Part shown: piece after piece, positions 54,832 through 64,000 of the stretch
Layout: each line of letters opens with the position of its first letter
Numbering within the stretch: the first letter of the stretch is position 1
Notes under the pieces: model-generated
The model's database searches: none
What the model was told of the DNA's origin: nothing
Seen by the model: the letters and a program-made list of their open reading frames with translations, nothing else
Program-made: the position numbers and the translations under genes
Origin: Nitrospirota bacterium
GTDB lineage: Bacteria; Nitrospirota; Nitrospiria; 2-01-FULL-66-17
Direction: 5' to 3'
Assembly (NCBI GenBank): GCA_049325295.1
Contig: JBMOMD010000021.1
Span: 87,560 to 151,559, forward strand
DNA length: 64,000 bases

Positions 54832-54992
54832 CCCGGTTGCTTGACGACGGCGATCAGGCCCGTGGTAAGATACCGACCATGTCGGACGATGGCCGTTGTC
54901 ATCGGGCCGGGCTGCCCCTGAGCCCCCCCCATCACGCCGTCTTCCCGTTCGCCGCCCGCGTCGTCGGCAAGCGGCGTCTCCCCTAGCGTGCG

Positions 54993-56435
54993 TTGACGGC
55001 TCCGGCTGGCGAAATCGTTGGCCCCATTTCCGCGTCGACCGGCGTGGACGCCGCGTCGCGTCGCGCGCACTGGCTGCGGAGCGAGGGCTTGTACGCGGTG
55101 CACGAAGGCGACGGGCTGCCGCGGTGGCGGGTCAGCGCGGAGCCGTTCTGGCTGACCCCGGAAGAGGCCGCGTTCCTGGAGCGGTTGGGGCCGGTCCTCT
55201 TGGCGTTTTATCAGTCGCTCAATCGGCTCTACTACCACAGCCTCAAGACGCCGGCGTTGCGATGGGCGGCGGACTACCTCGACCAGGGCAAGCCGCAACC
55301 CGTGATCGAATATGGACGGATGCGGCGGGTGCGCGACCAACTCCCGGTGATCATCCGCCCGGACCTGTTCGTGACGGATCACGGGTGGGTGGCGTCGGAA
55401 TTGGACGCGGTGCCCGGCGGCTTCGGTCTGACCGCGGCGTTGCAGACGCTCTACGCGGAGGCCGGGCCATTGGTCGGCGGCGACGGCATCGCGCGCGAGT
55501 TGGCCGCCGCGTTCGGCGGGGACGCACGCGTCGCGATCGTGGTCTCGGACGAGTCCGCCGACTATCGCCCGGAAATGCGCTTCATGGCGCGGGCATTGGA
55601 GTCCATGGGCCCGTGGGCGCGGACCGTCACGCCGTCGGAGATCATCTTCCACGAAGACGGCCTGTTCATCGACGCGCCGACCGGATCCGAGCGGGTCGAT
55701 GTCTTGTACCGGTTTTTTGAACTGTTCGACCTCAAGAACGTGCCGAAATCCGAACTGTTCCTCTACGCCGCGAAAAAGGGCACGGTCCGGTTCACCCCGC
55801 CGGCCAAGGCGTTTTTGGAAGAGAAGCTCGCGATGGCCTTGTGGCACCATCCGGCGTTGCGGGCGTGGTGGCGCGACGACGTGGGCGCGCAGACCGCGGA
55901 CGCGTTGACCGCGTTGTTTCCCGGCACGTGGATTCTGGACCCGTCGCCCGTGCCCCCGCACGCGACCATCGCGGGGTTCACCCTCGGCGGGCGGCCCATC
56001 AGGCACTGGCTCGACCTGGCCGACGCGACTCAGCGCGAACGACGACTGGTGATCAAGCCCTCGGGTTTTTCCGCGTTGGCGTGGGGCGGGCGCGGGGTGG
56101 TGGTGGGACACGACGAACCCGCGCCGGCCTGGCGCCGAGCCGTCGAGTCCGCGCTGGCCGCGTTTTCCGCCACCCCGCACGTGGTGCAGGATTTTCACGT
56201 GGCGCGTCGGGACGAGGTGGCGTATTTCGACGAAGCGGCCGGCACGATCCGCCCGATGTCCGGGCGCACCCGCCTTTCGCCGTATTACCTGGTCTCCGGC
56301 GAGGAGGCGAGGTTGGGCGGCGTGCTCGCCACCACCTGCGCACTCGATAAGAAGATCATCCACGGGATGCGTGATGCGGTGCTCGCGCCGTGCGCGGTCC
56401 GTCCGGTGCCCCTCATACCAGGAGTTACGCGGTGA
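54993..56435 (+). CDS. Uncharacterised ATP-grasp-like amidoligase (resembles circularly permuted ATP-grasp / glutathionylspermidine-synthase-like proteins)
   Basis: 'PFWLTPEEAAFLERLGPVLLAFYQSLNRLY', 'LVIKPSGFSALAWGGRGVVVG' and 'VVQDF'. Assignment is by eye only. The TTG start is uncertain. Confidence 0.5.
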   Translation: MTAPAGEIVGPISASTGVDAASRRAHWLRSEGLYAVHEGDGLPRWRVSAEPFWLTPEEAAFLERLGPVLLAFYQSLNRLYYHSLKTPALRWAADYLDQGKPQPVIEYGRMRRVRDQLPVIIRPDLFVTDHGWVASELDAVPGGFGLTAALQTLYAEAGPLVGGDGIARELAAAFGGDARVAIVVSDESADYRPEMRFMARALESMGPWARTVTPSEIIFHEDGLFIDAPTGSERVDVLYRFFELFDLKNVPKSELFLYAAKKGTVRFTPPAKAFLEEKLAMALWHHPALRAWWRDDVGAQTADALTALFPGTWILDPSPVPPHATIAGFTLGGRPIRHWLDLADATQRERRLVIKPSGFSALAWGGRGVVVGHDEPAPAWRRAVESALAAFSATPHVVQDFHVARRDEVAYFDEAAGTIRPMSGRTRLSPYYLVSGEEARLGGVLATTCALDKKIIHGMRDAVLAPCAVRPVPLIPGVTR

Positions 56436-57592
56436 GCGACCAGTGGAAATATGATTTGCGGGACAGCCTTGAGGCGGTCGAGGATCTCGTCAAGCGCCTC
56501 GGGCTGGCGCCGCGCGAGGCCGAACGCCTGCGCGACGTGGTGGCGCGTTATCCGATGCGGATCACCCCGCACGTGCTCGGCACGATTCGGTATCCGGGCG
56601 ATCCGATTTGGCTGCAAGTCGTCCCCACCGCCGAGGAGGTCGACCTGCAATTCGACATGCAGGACGATCCGCTCAACGAAGAGGGAGACATGGTGGTGCC
56701 GCACCTGGTCCACCGGTACCCGGATCGGGTGTTGCTGTTCGTGACCAACCAGTGTCCGATTTACTGCCGGTTCTGCACGCGCAAGCGGTTCGTGGGGTCG
56801 CCGGGCGGCACCATTACGCCCGAGGCGATCGACGTGGTCGCCGGATACATTCGTGCGCACCCGGAGATCCGCGACATTATTTTTTCGGGGGGTGACCCGC
56901 TGCTCTTGGTGGACAGTCTGCTGGAGCGCGTGCTCTCGGCGCTGCGGACGATCCCGCATCTGGAGATTATCCGGATCGGATCGCGCGTGCCGGGCACCTT
57001 GCCGTCCCGAATCACCCCTGACTTGTGCGCGATGTTGAAGCGTTACCACCCGTTGTACATGAACTTGCACTTCAATCATCCCGACGAACTCACGCCGGAG
57101 GTCGAAGCCGCGTGCGGACGCTTGGCCGACGCCGGGATTCCCTTGGGGAGCCAGACCGTCTTGCTCAAAGGGATCAACGACGACCCCGACACCATGAAAC
57201 GCCTGGTCCAAAAACTGCTCAAGGCGCGGGTCAAGCCGTATTACTTGTACCAGGCGGACTTGGTGACCGGCACCAACCAGTTCCGCACGCCGGTTGAAAC
57301 CGGGCTCGCCATCATCCGCGCGCTCCACGGGCATACGTCCGGCATGGCCATCCCGCGCTACGTCATCGACGCGCCGGGCGGCGGCGGCAAGGTCACGGTG
57401 ATGCCCCAGGATTTCGTGCTGGAGCTCAACTCCAGGGAAGTGATTCTCAAGAACTACGAGGATCAGGTGTACCGGTATCCGCAGGTGCGGACGGAATCGG
57501 TCGAGCGCCGCGATCTGGACGCCTGCGGCGACGATCCCGCGTCCGATCCGGCCGCGGCCGGCCGGCTGATCCCGCTTCGTCGATCGCCGTAG
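56432..57592 (+). CDS. kamA: KamA-family radical SAM lysine 2,3-aminomutase
   Basis: 'CPIYCRFCTRKR' cluster motif, 'GGDPL', 'YLYQADLV', 'FRTPVETGLAIIRALHGHTSGMAIPRYVIDAPGGGGKV'. The GTG at 56432 overlaps the upstream stop (GTGA). Confidence 0.8.
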   Translation: MSDQWKYDLRDSLEAVEDLVKRLGLAPREAERLRDVVARYPMRITPHVLGTIRYPGDPIWLQVVPTAEEVDLQFDMQDDPLNEEGDMVVPHLVHRYPDRVLLFVTNQCPIYCRFCTRKRFVGSPGGTITPEAIDVVAGYIRAHPEIRDIIFSGGDPLLLVDSLLERVLSALRTIPHLEIIRIGSRVPGTLPSRITPDLCAMLKRYHPLYMNLHFNHPDELTPEVEAACGRLADAGIPLGSQTVLLKGINDDPDTMKRLVQKLLKARVKPYYLYQADLVTGTNQFRTPVETGLAIIRALHGHTSGMAIPRYVIDAPGGGGKVTVMPQDFVLELNSREVILKNYEDQVYRYPQVRTESVERRDLDACGDDPASDPAAAGRLIPLRRSP

Positions 57593-57677
57593 CCGCGCGG
57601 CGATCCCGGCGTGACTGGCCCCGGTCGGTCCGCCGCCATACGTGAACCGATCAGTTTGACCCACGAAGGGAGCGTTG

Positions 57678-58229
57678 ATGATCAAGAACGACCGCTGGAT
57701 TCGAACAATGGCCAAAGACCATGGGATGATCTCGCCGTTCGAGGAGAAGCAGGTGCGGGCCGGAACCATCTCGTACGGGTTGTCCTCTTACGGGTACGAT
57801 CTCCGAATTTCCGATGATTTCAAAATCTTCACCAACATCAACCACACCACCGTCGATCCCAAAGATTTCGACATCAAGTCGTTCGTGGATTTCAAAGGCG
57901 ACGTGTGCATCATTCCGCCGAATTCGTTCGCCTTGGGGCGGAGCGTGGAGTACTTCAAGATCCCCCGGAAGGTGATTACGGTGTGCGTGGGCAAATCCAC
58001 CTACGCCCGGTGCGGCATTATTACCAACGTCACGCCGTTCGAGCCGGAATGGGAGGGCTACGTCACCCTGGAGATCTCAAACACCACCCCGTTGCCCGCG
58101 AAAATTTACGCTTTTGAAGGCATCGCCCAAGTGCTGTTTTTCGAGAGCGATGAAAGCTGCGAGACGTCATACGCGGATCGCAAGGGAAAATACCAGTCTC
58201 AACAAGGCATCACCCTCCCGCGATTGTGA
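57678..58229 (+). CDS. dcd: dCTP deaminase
   Basis: 'SSYGYDLR', '[10 protein letters not shown]' and '[17 protein letters not shown]' Dcd motifs. Confidence 0.9.
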   Translation: MIKNDRWIRTMAKDHGMISPFEEKQVRAGTISYGLSSYGYDLRISDDFKIFTNINHTTVDPKDFDIKSFVDFKGDVCIIPPNSFALGRSVEYFKIPRKVITVCVGKSTYARCGIITNVTPFEPEWEGYVTLEISNTTPLPAKIYAFEGIAQVLFFESDESCETSYADRKGKYQSQQGITLPRL

Positions 58230-58437
58230 TGATTACGGCATGTGGTCAGGCCAATGGTTGAGGCTCACGAGAGGAACTTGTTTGGGATTTTTTTCTTGGT
58301 TTGTCTGTTTTCAAGACGTTGGTTCTTGCTTTATCGAACCATTTAGGGAAAAAATCCCCAAATAAGCCGCCCAATCTGCTTCAGGAAATATATAACCAGG
58401 GTTCGAGTCGAAAAATTCCATAAAATGTCAAAATTAC

Positions 58438-58466
58438 TTGACACGATATAGGCCATTTGATATAAG
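58438..58466 (+). promoter_or_regulatory. Near-consensus sigma70 promoter of the cold-shock gene
   Basis: TTGACA, exactly 17 nt, TATAAG, inside an AT-rich 300-nt spacer. It predicts a ~75-nt 5' UTR ending in AAAGGAGGG. Confidence 0.6.
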
Positions 58467-58547
58467 CGAGCCTGTTAACAAGGGAAGTTGTCCCCGTTGA
58501 GCGGGGGCGGTTCGATCAGATTTTGGTCCGAAAGGAGGGCGTGCGCG

Positions 58548-58760
58548 GTGGCAAGAGGAAAGGTCAAGTGGTTCAACGCAAGCAAGGGGTACGGGTTCAT
58601 CTCCCAGGAGGACGGCAGCGACGTCTTCGTGCACTTCTCGGCGATTCAGGGTGACGGCTTCAAGACCCTCGACGAAGGCCAGGAAGTGGAATTCGACGTT
58701 GTCAAAGGGGCCAAGGGCCCGCAAGCCGCCAATGTCGTCAAGACCACGGTGAAAGCCTAA
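58548..58760 (+). CDS. cspA: Cold-shock protein (CspA family)
   Basis: GTG start after AGGAGG. Contains '[15 protein letters not shown]' (RNP1) and 'VFVHFSAI' (RNP2). Confidence 0.9.
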   Translation: MARGKVKWFNASKGYGFISQEDGSDVFVHFSAIQGDGFKTLDEGQEVEFDVVKGAKGPQAANVVKTTVKA

Positions 58761-58790
58761 CGCGCCCGACCCTCCAGCGTGAAGAATCCC

Positions 58791-58829
58791 AGCGCCCTTC
58801 GGCGAGCGTCCGAAGGGCGCTCGCGTTTT
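58791..58829. terminator. Rho-independent terminator between convergent csp and hemW
   Basis: AGCGCCCTTCGG-cgagcgt-CCGAAGGGCGCT, a 12-bp perfect stem, followed by cgcgTTTTg. Confidence 0.7.
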
Positions 58830-58847
58830 GAGCGGTCGGAATGCGCG

Positions 58848-60020
58848 CTACACCAGAAGCGCGGCCGCGGAGTCCGCGAAGTCCAGTCCACGGGGCGTGA
58901 GTCTGACGGCTTGCGGAGTGTCCTCAAGCCACCCGCGGTCGGAAAGCACTTGCAGCGCGGTGGTCCGTGTTCTCCAGGCATCCGGTCCGAAGCGCGCCGT
59001 CAGGCGTGACCGCGACACGCCGTGGATCATGCGAAGGCCGAAGGCCAGCGTTTCTCCCAGCCGCTGATCCTCGGTGAGTTCCTCGTATCCGGCAACCGCG
59101 TCGCCGCGCTCGATCCCCGCAAGATAGTCGGAGGTCTCGAACCGGTTCCACCAGCGCCGGCCGTGGAGGTGGGAATGCGCGCTCGCGCCGAACCCCAGCC
59201 AGTCGTCGCACCGCCAATACAACATATTATGACGACACGCGAACCCCGGCTTCGCGTAATTGGAAATCTCATACCGCGTGAAACCGGATCGTGAGAGCTC
59301 GTCGTGAAGGGCCTCTTCCTGGGCCAGGACCAGGTCGCCGGCGGGCAATGCCAGCCGGCCGTCGGACACCGCGGATCCGATCGGGGTGCCGGTTTCCGGG
59401 GTGAGCGCGTACGCCGATAGGTGCTCGGGAGCCAGATCCAGCGCGCGACGCACGGTATCGCGCCATTCATCGACGGCCTGCCCTGGGAGTCCGTAGAGCA
59501 AATCCACGCTGATGTTGCGGGCTCCGGCCGCGCGGATCGTGTGAAACGCGGCGATGGCCCGGGACGCGGTGTGCGGGCGGTTCAAGGCCAACAGCTCCTG
59601 GTCCTCGAGCGCTTGGATTCCCATGCTGACCCGCGTCATCCCCGCGTCGAGCCACGCGGTCACGCGTTCCGGGGTGACGGTCTCGGGGTTGGCCTCGATC
59701 GTCAACTCCGCGTCCGGGGCGAACACAAACGCGCGTCGGCACCCACGCACCAGCGTCGCCACGGCCGCCGGCGGCAACAATGACGGCGTCCCGCCCCCCA
59801 AATACACGGAGGTGACCATCCGCCCGGCGGCCGCGGAGGCGCGCTCGTGCATCTCGCGGAGCACCGCCGACACATACGGCTCCATCAGGCGCGCTCCGCC
59901 GGTCATGGAACTGAACGCGCAATACCCGCACTTGCTCACGCAGAACGGCACGTGGATGTAGAGACCGAGTGCCGCGTCGTCAGAAGGGGGAAGCGGATGG
60001 ACTGGGGAGAGGGTCAGCAC
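58848..60020 (-). CDS. hemW: Radical SAM haem chaperone HemW / oxygen-independent coproporphyrinogen-III-oxidase-like
   Basis: 'LGLYIHVPFCVSKCGYCAF' and 'YLGGGTPS'. The GTG at 60020 is preferred, because the ORF's most upstream start (60149) would overlap the divergent PBP gene. Confidence 0.8.
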   Translation of the reverse strand: MLTLSPVHPLPPSDDAALGLYIHVPFCVSKCGYCAFSSMTGGARLMEPYVSAVLREMHERASAAAGRMVTSVYLGGGTPSLLPPAAVATLVRGCRRAFVFAPDAELTIEANPETVTPERVTAWLDAGMTRVSMGIQALEDQELLALNRPHTASRAIAAFHTIRAAGARNISVDLLYGLPGQAVDEWRDTVRRALDLAPEHLSAYALTPETGTPIGSAVSDGRLALPAGDLVLAQEEALHDELSRSGFTRYEISNYAKPGFACRHNMLYWRCDDWLGFGASAHSHLHGRRWWNRFETSDYLAGIERGDAVAGYEELTEDQRLGETLAFGLRMIHGVSRSRLTARFGPDAWRTRTTALQVLSDRGWLEDTPQAVRLTPRGLDFADSAAALLV

Positions 60021-60175
60021 GGCGTCGTTTGGGGCGCGATCGTGGTATGATCCCACCCACGACGCGAGGGTGTCAAGACGGCGCACCGCTGCGGCGATGT
60101 CGATTTCACGTGCTCGGGTGATCAGGGACGATTGGTGTGGCTGGACCAAATTCCGGATGGGGCGATGACCGCTGG

Positions 60176-62488
60176 ATGAGACGGGTGCGCCCTTCCCGCC
60201 GCAGACGCCGGCGCAGCGGATTCCCGTGGTTGCCCGCCATTATCCTGGCGCTGGGGATCGGCTATCTGACATCGGTCTACATCACCGTGACCTCCCGGTT
60301 TGAAGGGCCGCGGTGGAAGTTGCCCTCGACCGTGTACGCCGAACCGGTCACCATGTACCCGGGGATGGATCTGAACGCCGGCCGGTTGCGCGACCGGTTG
60401 CTCCGTCTCGGGTACGGCCCGGTGGCGACGTCGCCCGCGCGTCCCGGGGAGTTCCTCTGGACCGACACCCGTCTCGAAATCTACCTCCAAGATTTCTCGT
60501 ACCCCGATCATCGCGTCCAAGGGTTCTTGGTGGCCGCGGATGTGGCGGACTCGCGCGTGACCACGCTCAGTCGAGCGGCGGACGGCTCGCCGCTGACCAG
60601 CGTGGATCTTGAACCGGAAGTGATCGCCGGACTGTTCGACGACAGTTGGGAAGGGCGCCGGCTGGTGCGCGTCGACGAGGTGCCGCGCGCCTTGATCGAC
60701 GCGATCCTGGTGGCCGAGGACTCGCGATTTTATCAACACTGGGGCATCGACCCGCGCGCCGTGGCGCGGGCGCTGTGGACCGACCTCAAGGAGGGCGAGT
60801 GGGTCCAAGGGGGCAGCACGCTCACGCAACAGTTGGTGAAAAACTTCTATCTCACCCAAGAACGCACGCTGTACCGCAAGTTCGTCGAAGCCATCATGGC
60901 GCTCATGCTGGAAGCGCGGTATACGAAGCCGGAGATCCTGGAAGCGTACCTCAACGAAATCTACCTGGGTCAACGCGGCGACATGGGCGTGTACGGGGTC
61001 GGCGAAGCCTCCATCCACTACTTCGGCAAGGAGGTCGAACGGCTGACGATCGCGGAGTCCGCATTGTTGGCGGGGATGATCCGCTCCCCCCGCGCGAACA
61101 ATCCGCAGGCCGCCCCCGCGAAAGCCCAGGCCACCAGGGACCACGTGTTGCGTCGGATGGCGGCGCTCCAGATGATCGGGGATGACGCGGCCGCGGCCGC
61201 GATCAAGGAGCCGATCCCGTCGCGACCCAAGGCGCGCGCCGCGGTGCGCGCGCCGTACTTCGCGGATCTGGTGCGCGACGAACTGGAACGACTGTACTCA
61301 CGAGACGTCCTGACCTCGGAGGGTTTGCGGATCTTTACGAGCCTGGACGTTGAGGCGCAACGGGCCGCCGAAGACGCGTTGCGAGCCGGACTCGGGGAAC
61401 TGGACCGTCGGGTCGCCAAAACGACCGAACCATTGCAGGGCGGCGCGATCGTCATGCAGCCGCAAACCGGGTACGTGCGCGCCCTGGTGGGCGGACGGGA
61501 CTACGCGGCGTCGCAGTTCAATCGCATGACGCAGGCCCGCCGTCAACCGGGATCGCTGTTCAAGCCGATCGCGTACCTGGCCGCGTTGCGAAAAGACGAA
61601 CAGACCGGCGCGCCCCGGTATACCCCGGTGAGCGTGATCAAAGACGAGCGCCTCACCATCGCCACCCCGTCCGGCCCCTGGACCCCGCAAAATTACGACA
61701 AGCAGTACCACGGTCCGGTGACGCTCCGCACGGCCTTGGAGTATTCGTTCAACGCCGCGGCCGTGCAGGTGGGCCAAGACGTCGGGGCGGAACGGGTGGC
61801 GGAGACCGCGCGGCTGCTGGGGTTGACCACCCCGATGCAGCCGGTTCCGTCGCTGGTGCTGGGGACGTCGGAAGTCAACCCGCTGGAACTGGCCAGCGCG
61901 TACGCGGTGTTCGCGAACTTCGGCACGCGCACCGAACCCCTGGTCATCAAGGCCGTGGTGGACCGCGACGGCCAAGTGCTGACACGGAAAGACATCGCGG
62001 TCCAACAGGTCATCGCGCCCGAAGAGGCGTATTTGATGACCGCGCTCCTGCAGGGCGTGATCGACCGCGGCACCGGCCGCGCGGTGCGCGCGCTGGGATT
62101 CACCAAGCCCGCGGCGGGAAAAACCGGCACCACCAGCGAGTTTCGCGACGCGTGGTTCGTCGGCTACACGCCCGAGACGCTGGCGCTGGTGTGGGTCGGG
62201 TTCGACCACAATCAGCCGCTCAAGCTCACGGGCGCCGAAGCCGCCCTGCCCGTCTGGACCAGGATCATGCAGCAAGTGACCGCGAGCGAGCCCGAACGCG
62301 CGTTCGTCCCGCCGCCGGGAATCGTGGTCCGGCAGATCGATCCGTCGTCGGGCCTGCTCAGCGCGCGCCAGTGTCCGGACGGGATCACCGAAGCGTTTTT
62401 GGCGGGCACGGAGCCGAAAACCACGTGCGCCGACCCGACCAAACAAGGCCCGGGTCTGCTGCGCTGGCTGCGGCGGGTATTGGGATGA
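60176..62488 (+). CDS. mrcB: Class A penicillin-binding protein, PBP1B-like (UB2H-like insert, GT51 glycosyltransferase, transpeptidase)
   Basis: Arg-rich N-terminus plus TM, then 'EDSRFYQHWGID' (GT51), 'GSLFKP' (SxxK) and 'KTGTT'. The segment between TM and GT51 resembles the E. coli PBP1B UB2H region. Confidence 0.8.
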   Translation: MRRVRPSRRRRRRSGFPWLPAIILALGIGYLTSVYITVTSRFEGPRWKLPSTVYAEPVTMYPGMDLNAGRLRDRLLRLGYGPVATSPARPGEFLWTDTRLEIYLQDFSYPDHRVQGFLVAADVADSRVTTLSRAADGSPLTSVDLEPEVIAGLFDDSWEGRRLVRVDEVPRALIDAILVAEDSRFYQHWGIDPRAVARALWTDLKEGEWVQGGSTLTQQLVKNFYLTQERTLYRKFVEAIMALMLEARYTKPEILEAYLNEIYLGQRGDMGVYGVGEASIHYFGKEVERLTIAESALLAGMIRSPRANNPQAAPAKAQATRDHVLRRMAALQMIGDDAAAAAIKEPIPSRPKARAAVRAPYFADLVRDELERLYSRDVLTSEGLRIFTSLDVEAQRAAEDALRAGLGELDRRVAKTTEPLQGGAIVMQPQTGYVRALVGGRDYAASQFNRMTQARRQPGSLFKPIAYLAALRKDEQTGAPRYTPVSVIKDERLTIATPSGPWTPQNYDKQYHGPVTLRTALEYSFNAAAVQVGQDVGAERVAETARLLGLTTPMQPVPSLVLGTSEVNPLELASAYAVFANFGTRTEPLVIKAVVDRDGQVLTRKDIAVQQVIAPEEAYLMTALLQGVIDRGTGRAVRALGFTKPAAGKTGTTSEFRDAWFVGYTPETLALVWVGFDHNQPLKLTGAEAALPVWTRIMQQVTASEPERAFVPPPGIVVRQIDPSSGLLSARQCPDGITEAFLAGTEPKTTCADPTKQGPGLLRWLRRVLG

Positions 62489-62988
62489 GGGGCCTCGCCG
62501 CGTGGTCCGCGGCCGTGCTGCTCGCGGCGATCGTCTGGGGGTGCGGCGCGGCGCGGACGAGCGCGCCGGTCGGCGCGCTCGAGCCGGACACCGGCGCCCC
62601 GCCGCAAGAGGTGGCGGCGTATCATTTGGTCGAAGACGGCCGCCGCCAACTCGAGGAGGGGCGAACCGCGTCGGCCGTCGCCACGTTCCAGAAAGCCATG
62701 GCGCTGGCGCCGTCCAGTCCGCACGCGAATTTGGCGCTGGCCGAAGCCAAGCTTCGGCAAGGCGAGTTCCGGACGGCGGTCGTGTACGCGGATCGGCTGC
62801 AGAGGCTGGCCGGCGATCGCCCGGAGTGGCGCTGGCGGGCGGCGTTGGTCCGCGCGCAGGCGTATGAAGGCCTGGGCGACGCGACGCGCGCGAAGACCGA
62901 ATTCACCCGCGTGCTTGACGACGATCCGACCAACGAAGACGCGCGAACCGGCCTGGGGCGTCTTGAGTCCGAAGGACAATTTCAGTAA
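62485..62988 (+). CDS. TPR-repeat lipoprotein
   Basis: The ATG overlaps the PBP stop (ATGA). Lipobox 'IVWGCG'. TPR-like units ('AVATFQKAMALAPSSPHANLALAEA'). Confidence 0.6.
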   Translation: MRGLAAWSAAVLLAAIVWGCGAARTSAPVGALEPDTGAPPQEVAAYHLVEDGRRQLEEGRTASAVATFQKAMALAPSSPHANLALAEAKLRQGEFRTAVVYADRLQRLAGDRPEWRWRAALVRAQAYEGLGDATRAKTEFTRVLDDDPTNEDARTGLGRLESEGQFQ

Positions 62989-63037
62989 CGGAGAGCCGGG
63001 CGCGGCGCCACGGTGAGCTCGCCGCGCGGCCGGCGCG

Positions 63038-63700
63038 TTATCGCGCGCGCCGACGGCGCGTGGACGTCTTGTGCGCGAGCCCGCATTCCTGCATGCGTTT
63101 GCGCAGGGTGTTGCGGTTCATCCCGAGCAGGTCGGCCGCTTTGCGTTGATTGCCACGCGTTTGGGCCAAGGCGAATTCCAACAAGGGCCGTTCGAACTCT
63201 TTCATCATGAAACCGTACAGGTCCCGCCCGCCGCTTTCGCTGTAGGCTTTGACGAAGCGGAGCAGTCTGCGCTGCACGTACCCGTGGAGAAAATCACCGT
63301 CGTCGGCCGCGGCGGTTCCCGCAGGGGGCGTGGATTGCCCATTGCCGGTGTGGGGCGACGGGTCCGCGGTGAGAGCGTGCCCCAGCGCTTGGATCGCCGG
63401 CGCCGTCCGCTGCAACAGCGGCGCCGGCGCCAGGATCATGCATCCGGCGGGCCGACGTTCCAGCAAGCGCTGGATTCGCGCGCCGTCCTTGTCCCACTCG
63501 GTCGGCGTTTCGGCCACGATCAAGCCGTACAGGTCCCCGTCGGTGGACGGGACCTGCGCCAATCGCTTCCGAGTCACCGTAATGCCGTGCTGATCGTCGG
63601 CGAACGCGAGTCGCAACTGCGGCGTGGCGTTGACGACCAGCATCCGGAGGGGTTTGGTCTCGCGGCGAGGGGCTGATTTGGGCCGGGAACGAGCGATCAT
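63038..63700 (-). CDS. Fis-type (HTH_8) DNA-binding regulator with a divergent receiver-like N-terminal domain
   Basis: C-terminal 'GNQRKAADLLGMNRNTLRKRMQECGL'. The N-terminal 'LRMLVVNATP' resembles a receiver domain without clear acidic-pocket residues. Confidence 0.6.
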   Translation of the reverse strand: MIARSRPKSAPRRETKPLRMLVVNATPQLRLAFADDQHGITVTRKRLAQVPSTDGDLYGLIVAETPTEWDKDGARIQRLLERRPAGCMILAPAPLLQRTAPAIQALGHALTADPSPHTGNGQSTPPAGTAAADDGDFLHGYVQRRLLRFVKAYSESGGRDLYGFMMKEFERPLLEFALAQTRGNQRKAADLLGMNRNTLRKRMQECGLAHKTSTRRRRAR

Positions 63701-63831
63701 GTTGGGAGCTGGACGCAGCCGATCCGAAAAAGAAGGCCACCTTGTATCACACGTCGGAAGAGTCTGTCAACGGGTGTCGCACATTCCGGTAGGGGATGAC
63801 CCGTCTGGAGGCCTCGGACGGAGGCGAGGGG

Positions 63832-64000
63832 TCAAGCGGGCGCGCGCCGCGCGCGCGCCAGGAAGTACCGGTGCACCCGATCGTCGTCGGTCAGCTCCGA
63901 ATGAAACGCGGAGGCCAGGATCGTTCCTTGCTGAACCAACACGATGCGGTCGTTCCACCGTCCCAACACTTCGACGTCCGGACCGGTCTCCGTGATCAAG
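63832..64000 (-). CDS. pdxT: Pyridoxal 5'-phosphate synthase glutaminase subunit PdxT, C-terminal fragment (continues beyond the window)
   Basis: My own translation of the minus strand gives '..VLVQQGTILASAFHSELTDDDRVHRYFLARA*'. This matches the PdxT C-terminal 'FHPELTxDxRVHxxF' pattern. It is not in the ORF track because it is under 60 aa. Confidence 0.55.
   Translation of the reverse strand, partial: LITETGPDVEVLGRWNDRIVLVQQGTILASAFHSELTDDDRVHRYFLARARRAPA

Noticed and set aside
54879-54986. A 35-codon ATG ORF (MSDDGRCHRAGLPLSPPHH...) in the leader of the ATP-grasp-like gene, in the same frame and ending 6 nt before its TTG start. It could be a leader peptide or a misplaced start.
   Set aside because: An in-frame TAG separates it from the main ORF. 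There is no SD, and the composition is that of GC-rich non-coding sequence. I kept only a note that the true start of the 480-aa protein is uncertain.
60021-60149. An upstream extension of hemW to the ATG at 60149, and of the PBP gene to the GTG at 60137. This would make the divergent genes overlap by 13 nt.
   Set aside because: Divergent coding overlap leaves no promoter space. HemW homologues begin about 25 residues before the 'HVPFC' motif, and the PBP has a typical 'MRRVRPSRRRRRR' plus TM N-terminus from the ATG at 60176.

Overview
This is a 64 kb chromosomal segment from a high-GC (about 65%) Gram-negative bacterium; LpxC, LptE, MurJ and LspA are all present. I cannot assign a lineage from sequence alone. 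Coding density is about 90%, with many 1-4 nt start/stop overlaps (ATGA, GTGA, TGATG).

Gene content is mostly housekeeping:
- Translation: ileS, leuS, gltX, tRNA-Gln(CUG), rpsT, ettA, rluD, rsmA.
- Envelope and peptidoglycan: mltD-like, nagZ, amgK-murU, lpxC, murJ, lspA, lptE, PBP1B.
- Cofactor and nucleotide metabolism: queE, larB-larC, moaB, thyX, dcd, proC, thrB, hemW, a pdxT fragment.
- Glycerol-3-phosphate metabolism: gpsA, glpD.

I saw no rRNA, CRISPR array, transposase, integrase or recognisable defence system. The many long ORFs antisense to real genes are GC-content artefacts.

The most interesting signals are non-coding or of unknown function:
1. A roughly 125-nt intergenic element occurs in two clear copies (8608-8734 and 34815-34939) plus one degenerate expanded copy (about 22130-22314). 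The two clear copies keep three helices complementary through about eleven paired substitutions. Each begins on the TAG stop of the upstream gene and ends 31-32 nt before an rRNA-modification gene.
2. An ATP-grasp-like protein is translationally coupled (GTGA) to a lysine-type 2,3-aminomutase.
3. A low-GC two-gene module (coiled-coil/HARE-HTH protein, divergent from a large FG-GAP lipoprotein) sits between lpxC and murJ.
4. A low-GC islet carries a small membrane zinc-ribbon gene and a long AT-rich inverted repeat.
5. Several distinct REP-like hairpin families are present, and one family brackets an hpnE-like gene.
6. A tight five-gene DUF971 / degenerate MBL / rhodanese / Rieske cluster has no assigned role.
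7. ThyX is double-length, with its signature motif split between the two halves.

All functional calls rest on motif recognition by eye and on synteny. No database search was possible.
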